Source: Pelagibaculum spongiae
GTDB taxonomy: Bacteria; Pseudomonadota; Gammaproteobacteria; Enterobacterales; Pelagibaculaceae
DNA: 64,000 nt
Assembly: GCF_003097315.1 (NCBI RefSeq)
Contig: NZ_QDDL01000010.1
Coordinates: 41,969 to 105,968, forward strand
Direction of reading: 5' to 3'
Shown here: in pieces, positions 21,185 through 30,953 of the stretch
Layout: each line of letters opens with the position of its first letter
Numbering within the stretch: position 1 is the stretch's first letter
The notes under the pieces: generated by a model
Databases searched by the model: none
What the model saw: only the letters and a program-made list of their open reading frames with translations
What the model was told of the DNA's origin: nothing
Position numbers and translations under genes: made by a program

Positions 21185-21925
21185 TTACTCATGCACAATG
21201 GTTTTTTTCCAAATATTTGGTCGAGAAGATAAAGAGCAGCCGATTCTAAACCCTGCAGAAAAAGAACTGCGACAAAAATTACAATGTAATTTTTGATGTT
21301 TATTATTAGAATTTGCCATTAATTCTACGAGATCTTTTAGGCTTTTTCCTACTCGACCAACCCGGTATCTCACAGTGATAATATCTCTACTTGCACCTTC
21401 AAGCAGCATCGAACTGCTATATGAACGTCGGACTTCTTCATAAGTTTCCCACCAGTCATCCGCAGACAAGCCTCCAGTTTCATTGGGATCGCTGATGAAG
21501 GGCTTGGCTACAGCACCAAATAAATCACCAAAACTTGATCCATGGTAACCTTGGAATTTACTCAAACCATAGTTTCTACACTCAGAACCAGGTTTAAAAG
21601 TTTCATAAGGCGTCAATCTTTTACCTTCTTTCAAACTAGTCAGTTCTGAAAGAGTATTAATATCGCTTAGTAATGAATGTCTATCAGGCACATAAAAACT
21701 TATTTCTATATTATCAGGAACAATAAAATGCTGCTGCGTCAGCGATTGCGATCCGTGACTACTTATCACAAACTCGTCAGATTGCTTCTGTCCCTGCCAC
21801 AAGTAAAAATTTTTACCTAAATCTGTTTTTTGTATCATTAGCAAACTCCGACGTATTAAAATTATGCCGGAGAAAACATTACCGCATCTATACAAAAAAC
21901 AATCATTTTTAACGATAAATTCCAT
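21185..21925 (-). CDS. hypothetical protein (orphan cargo ORF within insertion)
   Basis: 246 aa with no recognisable motifs. It sits inside the ~1.4-kb insert bounded by the direct duplication. The start may be the internal MIQKT. Confidence 0.4.
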   Translation of the reverse strand: MEFIVKNDCFLYRCGNVFSGIILIRRSLLMIQKTDLGKNFYLWQGQKQSDEFVISSHGSQSLTQQHFIVPDNIEISFYVPDRHSLLSDINTLSELTSLKEGKRLTPYETFKPGSECRNYGLSKFQGYHGSSFGDLFGAVAKPFISDPNETGGLSADDWWETYEEVRRSYSSSMLLEGASRDIITVRYRVGRVGKSLKDLVELMANSNNKHQKLHCNFCRSSFSAGFRIGCSLSSRPNIWKKTIVHE

Positions 21926-22088
21926 GTTCAGTTTTTATTTTGAGAACTAATACTCAAAACAAAAATAAATAAGTGACAGTATGAATGAAATAATCACAAA
22001 AAGCTCATTCTACTTTAGCACTTCATTAATATACGAAAGAGGCGCTGAATAACGCATTTATCCATGTTCATACGCTTCCTAGTGGAAT

Positions 22089-22520
22089 TTGTCATGGCAT
22101 CACGCAGATATTGCTCAATTGTATTCGTTAAGGTGGTTAGTCGAGGTTTTTATTCAGGACTGGAAAGCGCATGGTGGCTGGAACAAGATGAGCAAAGAAG
22201 GATCGGAGCGAGGCCTGATCCTGAGCCTGTTGTGCGAGCATTTATTGTTGCTGCATCCTGAGCAATCAGCCCGACTTAAAAACAAGCAGCCCGGGTTGCC
22301 CGCTGGTTGTCTGATAGAGCGCCTTAAAACGGAAGCATTGATCGATACGGTGAAGTCTGTGGTGAATGCGAAAGATCCTGATATTGCACTGAATGATTTA
22401 ATTGATGGTTTGGAATTGGTTTTGCCTACCCGGGAATCCAGTCGGCATATGGCGGGCAGAGATCTGGGTAATCAAGAACCAAAACCGTCTTTAATTCGTT
22501 ATGCACAACATAACGCATGA
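22089..22520 (+). pseudogene. IS4-family transposase C-terminal fragment (remnant)
   Basis: YSLRWLVEVFIQDWK matches the Y-x2-R-x3-E-x6-K motif of IS4/IS5 DDE transposases. Only ~140 aa, so the DDE N-region is missing. Confidence 0.6.
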
Positions 22521-22562
22521 TTTAAGGAATTGTGCAACCGTTAAAAACTGCAGCATCGAGTA

Positions 22563-22871
22563 ATAGAAATTAACCGCCAATATAAAATATTTATGGAAAG
22601 AATTGCACCCGGCCGCTGGGATGAAGTTCGCCCACCATCAGAGATTGAATTAAAAGCGACTAAAATGCTGGCAATTAAACTGGACCAAGCATCGGTAAAA
22701 GTCCGCAGCGGTGGCCCCAACGAAGATAAAGAAGACTTGGATATACCGGCATGGACCGGTGAAATGGTCATCAAGCACCCGCTAACAGCGATGGTCGCTG
22801 ACCAGCATTCAACAGATGGGATAAAGGTACCGGATTATAGTGAGGCTTGGGAGGATCGGTGGCGGGTGTGA
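22563..22871 (+). pseudogene. duplicated 3' fragment of the PNPOx-like gene
   Basis: ~315 bp near-identical to 20850..21165. It encodes the C-terminal 92 aa, with D->E and 3 nt differences at the extreme end. Confidence 0.8.
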
Positions 22872-22888
22872 GGCTTAATGTGTATTAG

Positions 22889-22915
22889 AAAGGGCCGAGT
22901 TAATTCGGCCCTTTC
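22889..22915. terminator. bidirectional rho-independent terminator
   Basis: aaagggccga GTTAA ttcggcccttt. Confidence 0.65.
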
Positions 22916-22930
22916 GGTATCTAACAATTA

Positions 22931-24862
22931 TTAATTCAAAGAAACTTCGTCAGAATCTAGCCATATTGTTAGCGGATAATATCTGATATTTTCTTCTGTT
23001 GCCTGCTTTAAAGCTTGCAGAGAGTTCTCTTGGTTAATGGAAAATGACCATAAATCTGTCTCCGCTTTAGAGTATCCGCCATAGTTTGAACCTGCTGTCT
23101 TTTCGCGCATTCCAATTAGATAAAAACCTGAAGGATCAACCGTTCTTTGCCCACCTACAGGATAATAACCAACCGGGTAGTTACCCAGCTCTAGAACGCC
23201 ACCATCTTCTGCTGAAATCTGCAGTAAGGTATTGCTAAGTTCATGTTCAACAGTAAACAGCAATGGTTCATTTCGATAAGCTTTATTTTTAATCAAATCG
23301 TCTAGATAAACATTATTGACTCTATTTCCTGCTGCAATAACAGAGTGAGTCATATTCGTAAGATCTAAACGAGTCAATTGTTGATTATTGTTATCCACCC
23401 GCTGATCGATATATACATATCGTGAGTGATTTTTATCCAAATGATAGTTTCCGATAATCCCTTCGAAGTTACCCAAATCTTCAAAGCCTGCTGTCAGGCT
23501 ATTGATGTCAATTCGCGCAACAGCTGTTTGCTGGTCATTTTTCTGATAGAAAACAAATAATTTTGTTTCATATTTAGCAACGGTAATGCTGTATTCATCC
23601 AAAAAACTACTCGTTGAAATAATGTGTAGCCGAGCTGTTTGCAGCTGCCCATCCATAGCAATTGAATGCAACTGCAACGCTGTCACTGTACTGTCTGCAT
23701 TTCTTTGCAATTCAGCTGCCAAGAAATGATTATTAATCACTAGTACGGGGCTGTCTTCCGACAAAGACATGGAAGCTTCAACCTTTAATGGCTGAGGAAA
23801 AACTCCCTGACGTAACTGCTCTTTACTGACCAGAATTGCACCTTCGTTTCTTCCCTGTAGCAATGCAAACTCTGCTGTAGTGGCCAGAGGGTCAAGGTAG
23901 TCCATGTCCCAAGAATCATTCGGATCATCAAAATAAAGACTGCTCAGCAACTTTTCTGCATTGTCCAATACATCAACTTTAATTGTTCGAGTCTGCGATG
24001 CATCAGGCTGCCAATTTTCATCCAGCCGCAGCCCTAGAAAATCTTCATTGTTTGCCGTTAAAACTTGCTCAATGAGCCTGTCTGTTCCATTTTTATTGCT
24101 ATCAACAAAAATGACACTATTAAAATTCTGCCCTAAATACTCACCTTGTAAATTGGTTGGTAAGGCAATGCTGCTAGCATTCATATCGCTGGTGATTGCA
24201 AAGATTGGGTCGTCATCGGTATTGCACTTTTGATCTACACCAGATTTTTGATAAACAACATAATGACCTGGTGATTCTCCAGAGAGAGAGCATGCCTGAG
24301 TTTCAATTGTCACTTGCTCGTTATTACCTGATGCCAGAGAGGTACGAAACACACGCCCCTGATTAAGGTAATAAACCTCACTACTGTAATGAAGCATCAG
24401 TGGATCAATAGAAAAATGTTGTTCCCAAGCACCATCAGTATAAAGGCTAGGTGTTGTATTACTCCCATCCCAGCCATAGTAAGGTGACAGATCCATATCA
24501 TTGGTTTTCTGATGCTGGCCATCTGCTTTGCGATACAACCACAGTTCAGCTTTAGCCGCTTGTGAGTCATATTTTACATATGGTAGATATTTAAATTCAC
24601 CGCCCGGACCAGAAATAAAGCGACCAAGCTTTGTGTCATTCGTTGGGTCTGGATCTGGGGTTGGATCAACGACCGGATCAACGACCGGATCAACGACCGG
24701 ATCAACGACCGGATCAACGACCGGATCAACGACCGGATCAACGACCGGATCAACGACCGGATCCGATGCTTTATCGGAGTTCGATCCACCGCCACAAGCG
24801 GCTAATGAAAGAGATAAAAGTATTATGGCTGTTATTCTGCCGAGCTTTTCTGGATGCTTCAT
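22931..24862 (-). CDS. large secreted lipoprotein with (DPVV)x8 tandem repeat
   Basis: Lipobox LSLAAC. 12-bp repeat ggatcaacgacc x8 (24663-24758) encodes DPVV repeats followed by DPTPDPDP. Rest of the protein is uncharacterised. Confidence 0.65.
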   Translation of the reverse strand: MKHPEKLGRITAIILLSLSLAACGGGSNSDKASDPVVDPVVDPVVDPVVDPVVDPVVDPVVDPVVDPTPDPDPTNDTKLGRFISGPGGEFKYLPYVKYDSQAAKAELWLYRKADGQHQKTNDMDLSPYYGWDGSNTTPSLYTDGAWEQHFSIDPLMLHYSSEVYYLNQGRVFRTSLASGNNEQVTIETQACSLSGESPGHYVVYQKSGVDQKCNTDDDPIFAITSDMNASSIALPTNLQGEYLGQNFNSVIFVDSNKNGTDRLIEQVLTANNEDFLGLRLDENWQPDASQTRTIKVDVLDNAEKLLSSLYFDDPNDSWDMDYLDPLATTAEFALLQGRNEGAILVSKEQLRQGVFPQPLKVEASMSLSEDSPVLVINNHFLAAELQRNADSTVTALQLHSIAMDGQLQTARLHIISTSSFLDEYSITVAKYETKLFVFYQKNDQQTAVARIDINSLTAGFEDLGNFEGIIGNYHLDKNHSRYVYIDQRVDNNNQQLTRLDLTNMTHSVIAAGNRVNNVYLDDLIKNKAYRNEPLLFTVEHELSNTLLQISAEDGGVLELGNYPVGYYPVGGQRTVDPSGFYLIGMREKTAGSNYGGYSKAETDLWSFSINQENSLQALKQATEENIRYYPLTIWLDSDEVSLN

Positions 24863-24947
24863 AAAACTGAACCTGCTTGTTGTTTTGCCGCATTATACTT
24901 TTAACAACAATTTCACAACAAGCAGGTTAGATCATATATTTACTAGA

Positions 24948-25436
24948 CTATTTGCTCACCTGCGGCTTATCCAATTCGCTCCAAACCGGGTTGCCCCACA
25001 GAGGAACCGTTGACATTGAATGCTTATGGCTGCCTTCAATTTCTTTAGTGGAATAACTCAAGTAAATAAGTGTTTTATTTTCGGCATCATAAATCCGGCG
25101 AGTTTTAAGTGTTTTAAAGAAAATGCTTTTTGATTCTTTAAATACCACTGAACCACTCTTGGACTTATCAATTTTATCGATCATTGCTTTGGTGATCGGC
25201 CCGGTCTGGCGACAGGCAATACTCATGTCCGAAGGATCTGCAAAAGACAGATCGGCTTCTACATGGCTGATATGACATGTGACACCAGTTACTACTGGAT
25301 CAATCACTTTCTGGATTTTGATATCTTTAGTGGTTAACAGTCCTAATGATACCGAACCGGCTTCATCATCAGAACAACCCGATAAAAACAGTGCCGACAG
25401 CATTAAAGGTGCTGCGATAAAAATCGATTTTTTCAT
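24948..25436 (-). CDS. creA: CreA-family periplasmic protein
   Basis: Signal peptide. DPVVTGVTCHISH...SIACRQTGPI matches the CreA (DUF1131) conserved core. Confidence 0.7.
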   Translation of the reverse strand: MKKSIFIAAPLMLSALFLSGCSDDEAGSVSLGLLTTKDIKIQKVIDPVVTGVTCHISHVEADLSFADPSDMSIACRQTGPITKAMIDKIDKSKSGSVVFKESKSIFFKTLKTRRIYDAENKTLIYLSYSTKEIEGSHKHSMSTVPLWGNPVWSELDKPQVSK

Positions 25437-25474
25437 TGTTATTTTTCCTTTACTACGCTTGAAACTCGCAGCAG

Positions 25475-28400
25475 TTAGTTCTGCTGCAAGTCATCACCAA
25501 TCTTCTTCACTCGTTGCCAAATATCATGATCCATTTTCAACTTGTGATCCATTGCTTTTACTACCGGTAGCAATGAAGTTTCGATGGTATTTGCCAGCGC
25601 TTGTAGCACTTTGTCGATACCCGGTTGTGGCTGGTTAATCACTTCAACATTAGGTCTGGAGTGCGCGAATGACTGAGACAGCACTGTAGCAAAATCAACC
25701 TCGGAAATGTGCTGCAGTTGCTGTTTTAACTGTGAGATTTCTCTGCTGATTTCAGCTGAACCATTATCAATATTCGACATTTTCTGCAACTGACTGGCAA
25801 TTACCGATAGCTGTGAAACCGCCTGTGCAGTCGGATCATCCTGATCACCCAAGGTACGGAGGCGCTTGTACTCAGAGCAAATTTCACCCCAGCGCAAACT
25901 TTCTACTTCCGTTAACACACCCCGCAGCTGCTTTAATTTCAGTACGTTTTCTTCGGCACCTGTGGTGAGTGTTTGCGCTTCACCTTTGTAGTGGTCATCG
26001 ATCAGTTGTTCTAGCTCTTGATCATTCATTACCGCACTGACTTTTTCCGACAACCGCGCCATATTGCGATAACTACCTTGCAAACGAAACGGCGGTTCTT
26101 CCCGGTAACGATCATCTTGCGCTGCAGAAGCAATATATTGCTGATTCACCGCTAACAAGACTTGCTGCACTCGTAAGAGTTTTTTCAATACGCCGGTAAT
26201 TTCATCTAACTCGGCGGCGGCATATTCATGGCCAAGATCATCGGTCGATATCGCTTCGCCTCGTGCCAAATCAATCAGCAGATAAATGTCGGCCATATCC
26301 CGATTTACTAGCGGTCGTAATACTTCATTGCTGGCCAGCGCATTTTCAACATAACTGAGTGAGAAGGCATTTTCAGAACCACCAACCAAATCACCCAGGT
26401 TATAAATATCAGCCCGGTTGGCAAGCATATCGGGTATCGAGAAGGCTTCGCCGGATTCGGTATAGGGATTGCCCGCCATTACAACGCAAAAGCGTTTACC
26501 GCGCATATCGAAAGTACGTGGCTCACCATTAATGACACCTTCAATCCTACGGGTACCGTCACAAAGCGAAATAAATTTCTGCAAAAACTCTGGGTGCGTA
26601 TGCTGAATATCATCCACCACCAGCATCACATTATTACCCATTGCCAATGCCAGATTTAATCTTTCCAGCTCACGAGCAGCACCAGAATCAGGGGCTAAAG
26701 CAGGATCCAATGAAGTGGTTTTATGCCCCAAGGCTGGGCCATTGACCTTGATAAACACTAACCCTAAACGGCTGGCGATATATTCCACTAAAGTAGTTTT
26801 ACCGTAACCGGGCGGTGAAATTAATAACAACAAACCTGACCGGTCGCTATTACTATTGCCGCCCGCTGCGCCTAATTGCTTGGCTAAGTTAGCGCCTACT
26901 AACGGCAAATAAACTTGGTTGATTAATTTGTTTCGAACAAAACCACTCATGGGTTTAGCTTGATATTCTTCCAGCTTCAGCGCTTCACGTCTGTCAGACA
27001 AAGCTTTCTGTCGCTGCTTTTGATAACCCTTGAAACCTGGAACCAGCTGGAAACGGAAATGATTTAACCGCTGTTCAAATTCATCAACTGCCAATGACAA
27101 CTGGCCATTTTTAATCGTGGAATGCTCAGACAATAAACCGTCTACCGAAACCTGAGACTGCATCGGCCAAACCCGGCGGTTTAATTTGCTTTCATCAATC
27201 AACAATACTGCTGCTTCGGCAATATAACGATTGGCAGTCGATCCATCATCAATCGAATCTTGCGCACCAATTAAAGCACCCAGCCATTGGCTGGCCACAA
27301 TAAACTGCTGATTAATGGAAAGGCTTTTTAACAGATCTTTAAATGCTGACTGCTGTTTGGCCGCTGCCAGCTGTTGTTGTAACTGCTCTGCCAGCTGCTG
27401 CGCCAGCTCACTGGTTGTGAACTCCAGCCGCTGATTACCTGACGCATCGACCGCGAACTCTGCAATTAACCAGGCTGCGGCATCTCTTGCCAACACCAGT
27501 GGATAGCCCTGACTTTCTCCACCCAAATGGTTCAGCTGGATTTCAATTGATTGCTGCAGTTTTAACTGCAAGCTTTCAACTGCCGATCTGGCATTGAACA
27601 ACAGCTGCATTCGACTGGCATTGGCAGCTTCAATGAGCCATTGCTGCTGATCAGAACGGCTTTGTTGCATCCACCACAATTGCGCCAGTGCTCTGGGCAA
27701 AGGAGCAAACCTTAAAAGACCGGCATTGGCGCGTAATGGCAATAATTGTTCAAGAATTTTACAGGCATCATGATCATGAATACCTTTGGCATAGCTATCC
27801 TGGTAGCGCTTGGAGGCGAACTTGCTAACCTGGCTCAATAACTCACCTTCAGAAAGTGCTTGCTCCAGCCCAGGCAAAGTCAAAGAGTGGGTTTGCTTTT
27901 CTGCCGCATCAATAATTTCTGCAACCAAATATTCGGCTCTGGCAACCTCAGCATTTTCTGAAACTAATGGCTGGTCAGCATATAAATGATCGCTTTCTGC
28001 CAGAGTCGAATAGTGTTTTGCCAGCTTTTCGTAATAATCACTGCCAGTTAAATGAAATTTAAGCTGATCATTTTGACGAATCAGGGTTAATTCCATCGGC
28101 CGGGTATTTACATTAAATTTGTAATCACCCAGTTTGATAATTCGCCCACCATCTTCGAACAAATCAGAACGATCTCTAAGCGAACGAAGCGCCTGGTCGC
28201 GAGCTGAATTTAATTTACCAGATAATTCATCTGCCAGAACGACGGCTTCAAGCTGACGCATTTGATCAATCAAGCCGCGCAGCTTATGTACCATGGCATC
28301 GCCAGAGAACCAGGCGTTTAATGCATCAGCTGTATCAAACTTTTCAGATTTTTGAGCAATTGACTGGAAAATACGTTCTGCAGCTTTTTTCAGGTTGTCG

Positions 28401-30823
28401 GCCCTGCGCTGCCGAGCTTCCACCAAAGACTGACGCCGTGTCTGAAACAGACCCAGCATTTCTTCACGGCGTACAATTAAATCAGATAAAAATTCATCAT
28501 GATCGGCAAAGCGACTTTCCAGCTCTTCCAGCTGCGCCATTACCCCAGCTTGTTGCTGGTCACAGTCAGCGGGTGTTTCTGCCTGCTCCAGCGCCGATTC
28601 AACGGTTTGTTCCAATAAACGGAACCGGGCAGAAAACTCTCCAGCGGCTTCTTCAGCGCCTATCGACTTTCCGCGCTTGCGAGCGATTGCACGCAACTGA
28701 TTTAACTTGCCCCAGACCTCAGACAAGGCCTCAAGGATTTTGCTGCGTTTTTCCGGGTCCGCAACTTCCAGACCGGCCATCATTTCATTAACCAGCTGTA
28801 ATTGCTGATTGACCTTTTCCAGGTCTTTTTGCACCTGTTCTAATTCAAGCAGTTTTTCAGCCGCTGTTATCTGTTGCTCCAGATCGGTAATCGACTGGTT
28901 CCAGTCAGCAAAAGCGTCATCTGCTGAAAGCGCAGCAATGGTTTGCTTTTCCTGCTGTGCTTGCTGCTTTTCGAGCTGTTGTTGCAGCTGCTCTAACGCT
29001 GCAAGATCAATATAGCGCTGCTCTTGCAGAGTAATTAAATGACCACCTAACTGGCGCATTTGATCGAGTGAATCGACCAGCTCTTGTGGTGACTTTGGCG
29101 GCCGGGAGCGCAGCTGACTAAATAACTGATCAATTTTTGCAGATGCATCAGATAAAGCTTTTTGCGCTTTTTCACGAATGGCCCGTGCTTTTTCATACTC
29201 ATCGAGCAGCTTTTCTGAAGCAGCACTTAAATTACGAACCTGATCAGCCAGGTTAGTACTTTCAGCAGCAACCAATTCTGCTTCACCTAACCAGTGGAAA
29301 TTATCCAGCAGTTTACGTGCATCATTTAATAGTCCGTGATAATGCTCGGTAGATACCGCTTTTTGGTCGGCAAGGGTATCGCCAGAACTACCTCTGCGGG
29401 CACTGCGGCATAATCCAAATAATTCGGAAATACCCCGCACTAATTCAGCATTACCAATTCGCCCCATCACCCCTGAAACCGTCTCCCCGGTTTCGTGGGT
29501 GTCGGCATAAAATGGCGTATGCCAAATCTGCATTGGATGCACCCGGCTAGGTTGGTCATTTTCAGCGCGGAAAATAACCATTAAACCATCTTCAAATAAA
29601 CCATAACCATGGCCAAACAAAGGGGTTTGTAAGCTTTTTTCTATCAGGTTATAGGAAAATAACGCACTAATACCTTGCTGCTGTTCATGGAAGAAATATA
29701 AAACATCTTCACCATTGGGTGAGCGCAAGGCACGTTCAAAAACTAATCCATCTGGAATATCGCTAAATCGCCGACAATCACCACCCTGCAAGCTATAGCC
29801 GCCGGGGAAAATAATGCCGTGGTCTTCTGGTAATGAAACACACGATTGACCGATTTCATCAAACCGCTGAACATCACGCGTTAGGCAGTTATATATTAAA
29901 TAGCGGAAATCATCTTCACGGTATGGGCGAATTTTCAGCAGAATTAACTGGCCGACTTTGGCATAGAAAATTTCAGCATCATCTAGCGATTGATGCTCAT
30001 CATTTACCGGTTCTCGATAAATCCCTTGACCATCTTCGGTATTATTCTCGATTTTAATGGTTAACTGACCATTAATGGTTTCAACAAAAATAGTATCGAG
30101 AATATTAATATGTGGGTAGCGCCCTAACTCCTGGCTTTCTCGAGTGGTCGCTGTCCATTCAAAATCATGCGCCGGTGGCGTTGGTAAATCGCGCTCACCG
30201 CGGTTATCAATATATTTTAACTGTTTGTTCTCAGGGTCAGAACTTCTCAGCCAGCGAAATACCCGAATATCACTCAGCCGCGCACCAATCTGAAAAACAG
30301 CTAAAACTTTGTCATGCAATTTATGAAATTGCAGTAACCGGGCTTCTTTGTAGTAACTAAATAATTCATTAAAATCATCAACAAAAACCGAATCATCAAG
30401 AAAACTATGATCCTGATATAGCTCGATTTCATGCCCTTGCTCGGTTTGCACTAATTTATACAATGCAAAAACATCTGAAACTTCAGTGTTTTTCTTTAAA
30501 CCTAGTTGGACATTAAAACCCAACATCAGCATATCGCCAACACGCGCCATATCCCGCGGAATACAGTTGTGTTCAGTTCTCACTCTCACTCTGCCTAGCA
30601 AATTCATTTCTTGCTGGCCAAAGGCATCACTTCTGGACTGATTTAGCTTTTCTGAATGTTCACGTAGTTTGGTTGCCTGCTGTTGCAAGCGTTTATTCAA
30701 TAGATCCCAGGCGCCGCTGGCAGCAACGGATAACCCTAATCCATCATCTCTATCGTCTGCACCATCTACAAGATCGGTTTGCGGCTGTTGGCCAAGCACA
30801 GTTTCTGACATAGAAAACCTCAT
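25475..30823 (-). CDS. giant (1782 aa) coiled-coil protein with internal AAA+ ATPase core (MoxR/dynein-like)
   Basis: Walker A ISPPGYGKTTLVEYI. Walker B NVMLVVDDIQ. Sensor-1-like FCVVMAGNPY. ~700 aa of Q/E/L-rich coiled coil N-terminal to the ATPase. Immediately downstream of flotillin and NfeD-like genes. Confidence 0.75.
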   Translation of the reverse strand: MRFSMSETVLGQQPQTDLVDGADDRDDGLGLSVAASGAWDLLNKRLQQQATKLREHSEKLNQSRSDAFGQQEMNLLGRVRVRTEHNCIPRDMARVGDMLMLGFNVQLGLKKNTEVSDVFALYKLVQTEQGHEIELYQDHSFLDDSVFVDDFNELFSYYKEARLLQFHKLHDKVLAVFQIGARLSDIRVFRWLRSSDPENKQLKYIDNRGERDLPTPPAHDFEWTATTRESQELGRYPHINILDTIFVETINGQLTIKIENNTEDGQGIYREPVNDEHQSLDDAEIFYAKVGQLILLKIRPYREDDFRYLIYNCLTRDVQRFDEIGQSCVSLPEDHGIIFPGGYSLQGGDCRRFSDIPDGLVFERALRSPNGEDVLYFFHEQQQGISALFSYNLIEKSLQTPLFGHGYGLFEDGLMVIFRAENDQPSRVHPMQIWHTPFYADTHETGETVSGVMGRIGNAELVRGISELFGLCRSARRGSSGDTLADQKAVSTEHYHGLLNDARKLLDNFHWLGEAELVAAESTNLADQVRNLSAASEKLLDEYEKARAIREKAQKALSDASAKIDQLFSQLRSRPPKSPQELVDSLDQMRQLGGHLITLQEQRYIDLAALEQLQQQLEKQQAQQEKQTIAALSADDAFADWNQSITDLEQQITAAEKLLELEQVQKDLEKVNQQLQLVNEMMAGLEVADPEKRSKILEALSEVWGKLNQLRAIARKRGKSIGAEEAAGEFSARFRLLEQTVESALEQAETPADCDQQQAGVMAQLEELESRFADHDEFLSDLIVRREEMLGLFQTRRQSLVEARQRRADNLKKAAERIFQSIAQKSEKFDTADALNAWFSGDAMVHKLRGLIDQMRQLEAVVLADELSGKLNSARDQALRSLRDRSDLFEDGGRIIKLGDYKFNVNTRPMELTLIRQNDQLKFHLTGSDYYEKLAKHYSTLAESDHLYADQPLVSENAEVARAEYLVAEIIDAAEKQTHSLTLPGLEQALSEGELLSQVSKFASKRYQDSYAKGIHDHDACKILEQLLPLRANAGLLRFAPLPRALAQLWWMQQSRSDQQQWLIEAANASRMQLLFNARSAVESLQLKLQQSIEIQLNHLGGESQGYPLVLARDAAAWLIAEFAVDASGNQRLEFTTSELAQQLAEQLQQQLAAAKQQSAFKDLLKSLSINQQFIVASQWLGALIGAQDSIDDGSTANRYIAEAAVLLIDESKLNRRVWPMQSQVSVDGLLSEHSTIKNGQLSLAVDEFEQRLNHFRFQLVPGFKGYQKQRQKALSDRREALKLEEYQAKPMSGFVRNKLINQVYLPLVGANLAKQLGAAGGNSNSDRSGLLLLISPPGYGKTTLVEYIASRLGLVFIKVNGPALGHKTTSLDPALAPDSGAARELERLNLALAMGNNVMLVVDDIQHTHPEFLQKFISLCDGTRRIEGVINGEPRTFDMRGKRFCVVMAGNPYTESGEAFSIPDMLANRADIYNLGDLVGGSENAFSLSYVENALASNEVLRPLVNRDMADIYLLIDLARGEAISTDDLGHEYAAAELDEITGVLKKLLRVQQVLLAVNQQYIASAAQDDRYREEPPFRLQGSYRNMARLSEKVSAVMNDQELEQLIDDHYKGEAQTLTTGAEENVLKLKQLRGVLTEVESLRWGEICSEYKRLRTLGDQDDPTAQAVSQLSVIASQLQKMSNIDNGSAEISREISQLKQQLQHISEVDFATVLSQSFAHSRPNVEVINQPQPGIDKVLQALANTIETSLLPVVKAMDHKLKMDHDIWQRVKKIGDDLQQN

Positions 30824-30953
30824 TAACTGAGAACCACGTAGGTTTGATAAGTTTTTGGCGCAATCAGACAGTTTGTAATCATTAACAAAATGTATGATTC
30901 CGTTTCAATTCATCAAACCTACATATCGTTTTTCTCTTAAATCTGGTTACAGA

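Noticed and set aside
24528-25013. Frames encoding TGSTTGS… / SLIRSLIR… / QRPDQRPD… repeats
   Set aside because: Alternative-frame readouts of the 12-bp DPVV tandem repeat inside the lipoprotein gene.
28321-29015. ORFs 28321..28791 (+) and 28809..29015 (+) on the opposite strand inside the giant gene
   Set aside because: They are antisense to a 5.3-kb ORF with strong coding signal. Low-complexity (Q/P/C-rich) translations are typical of reverse-frame artefacts.
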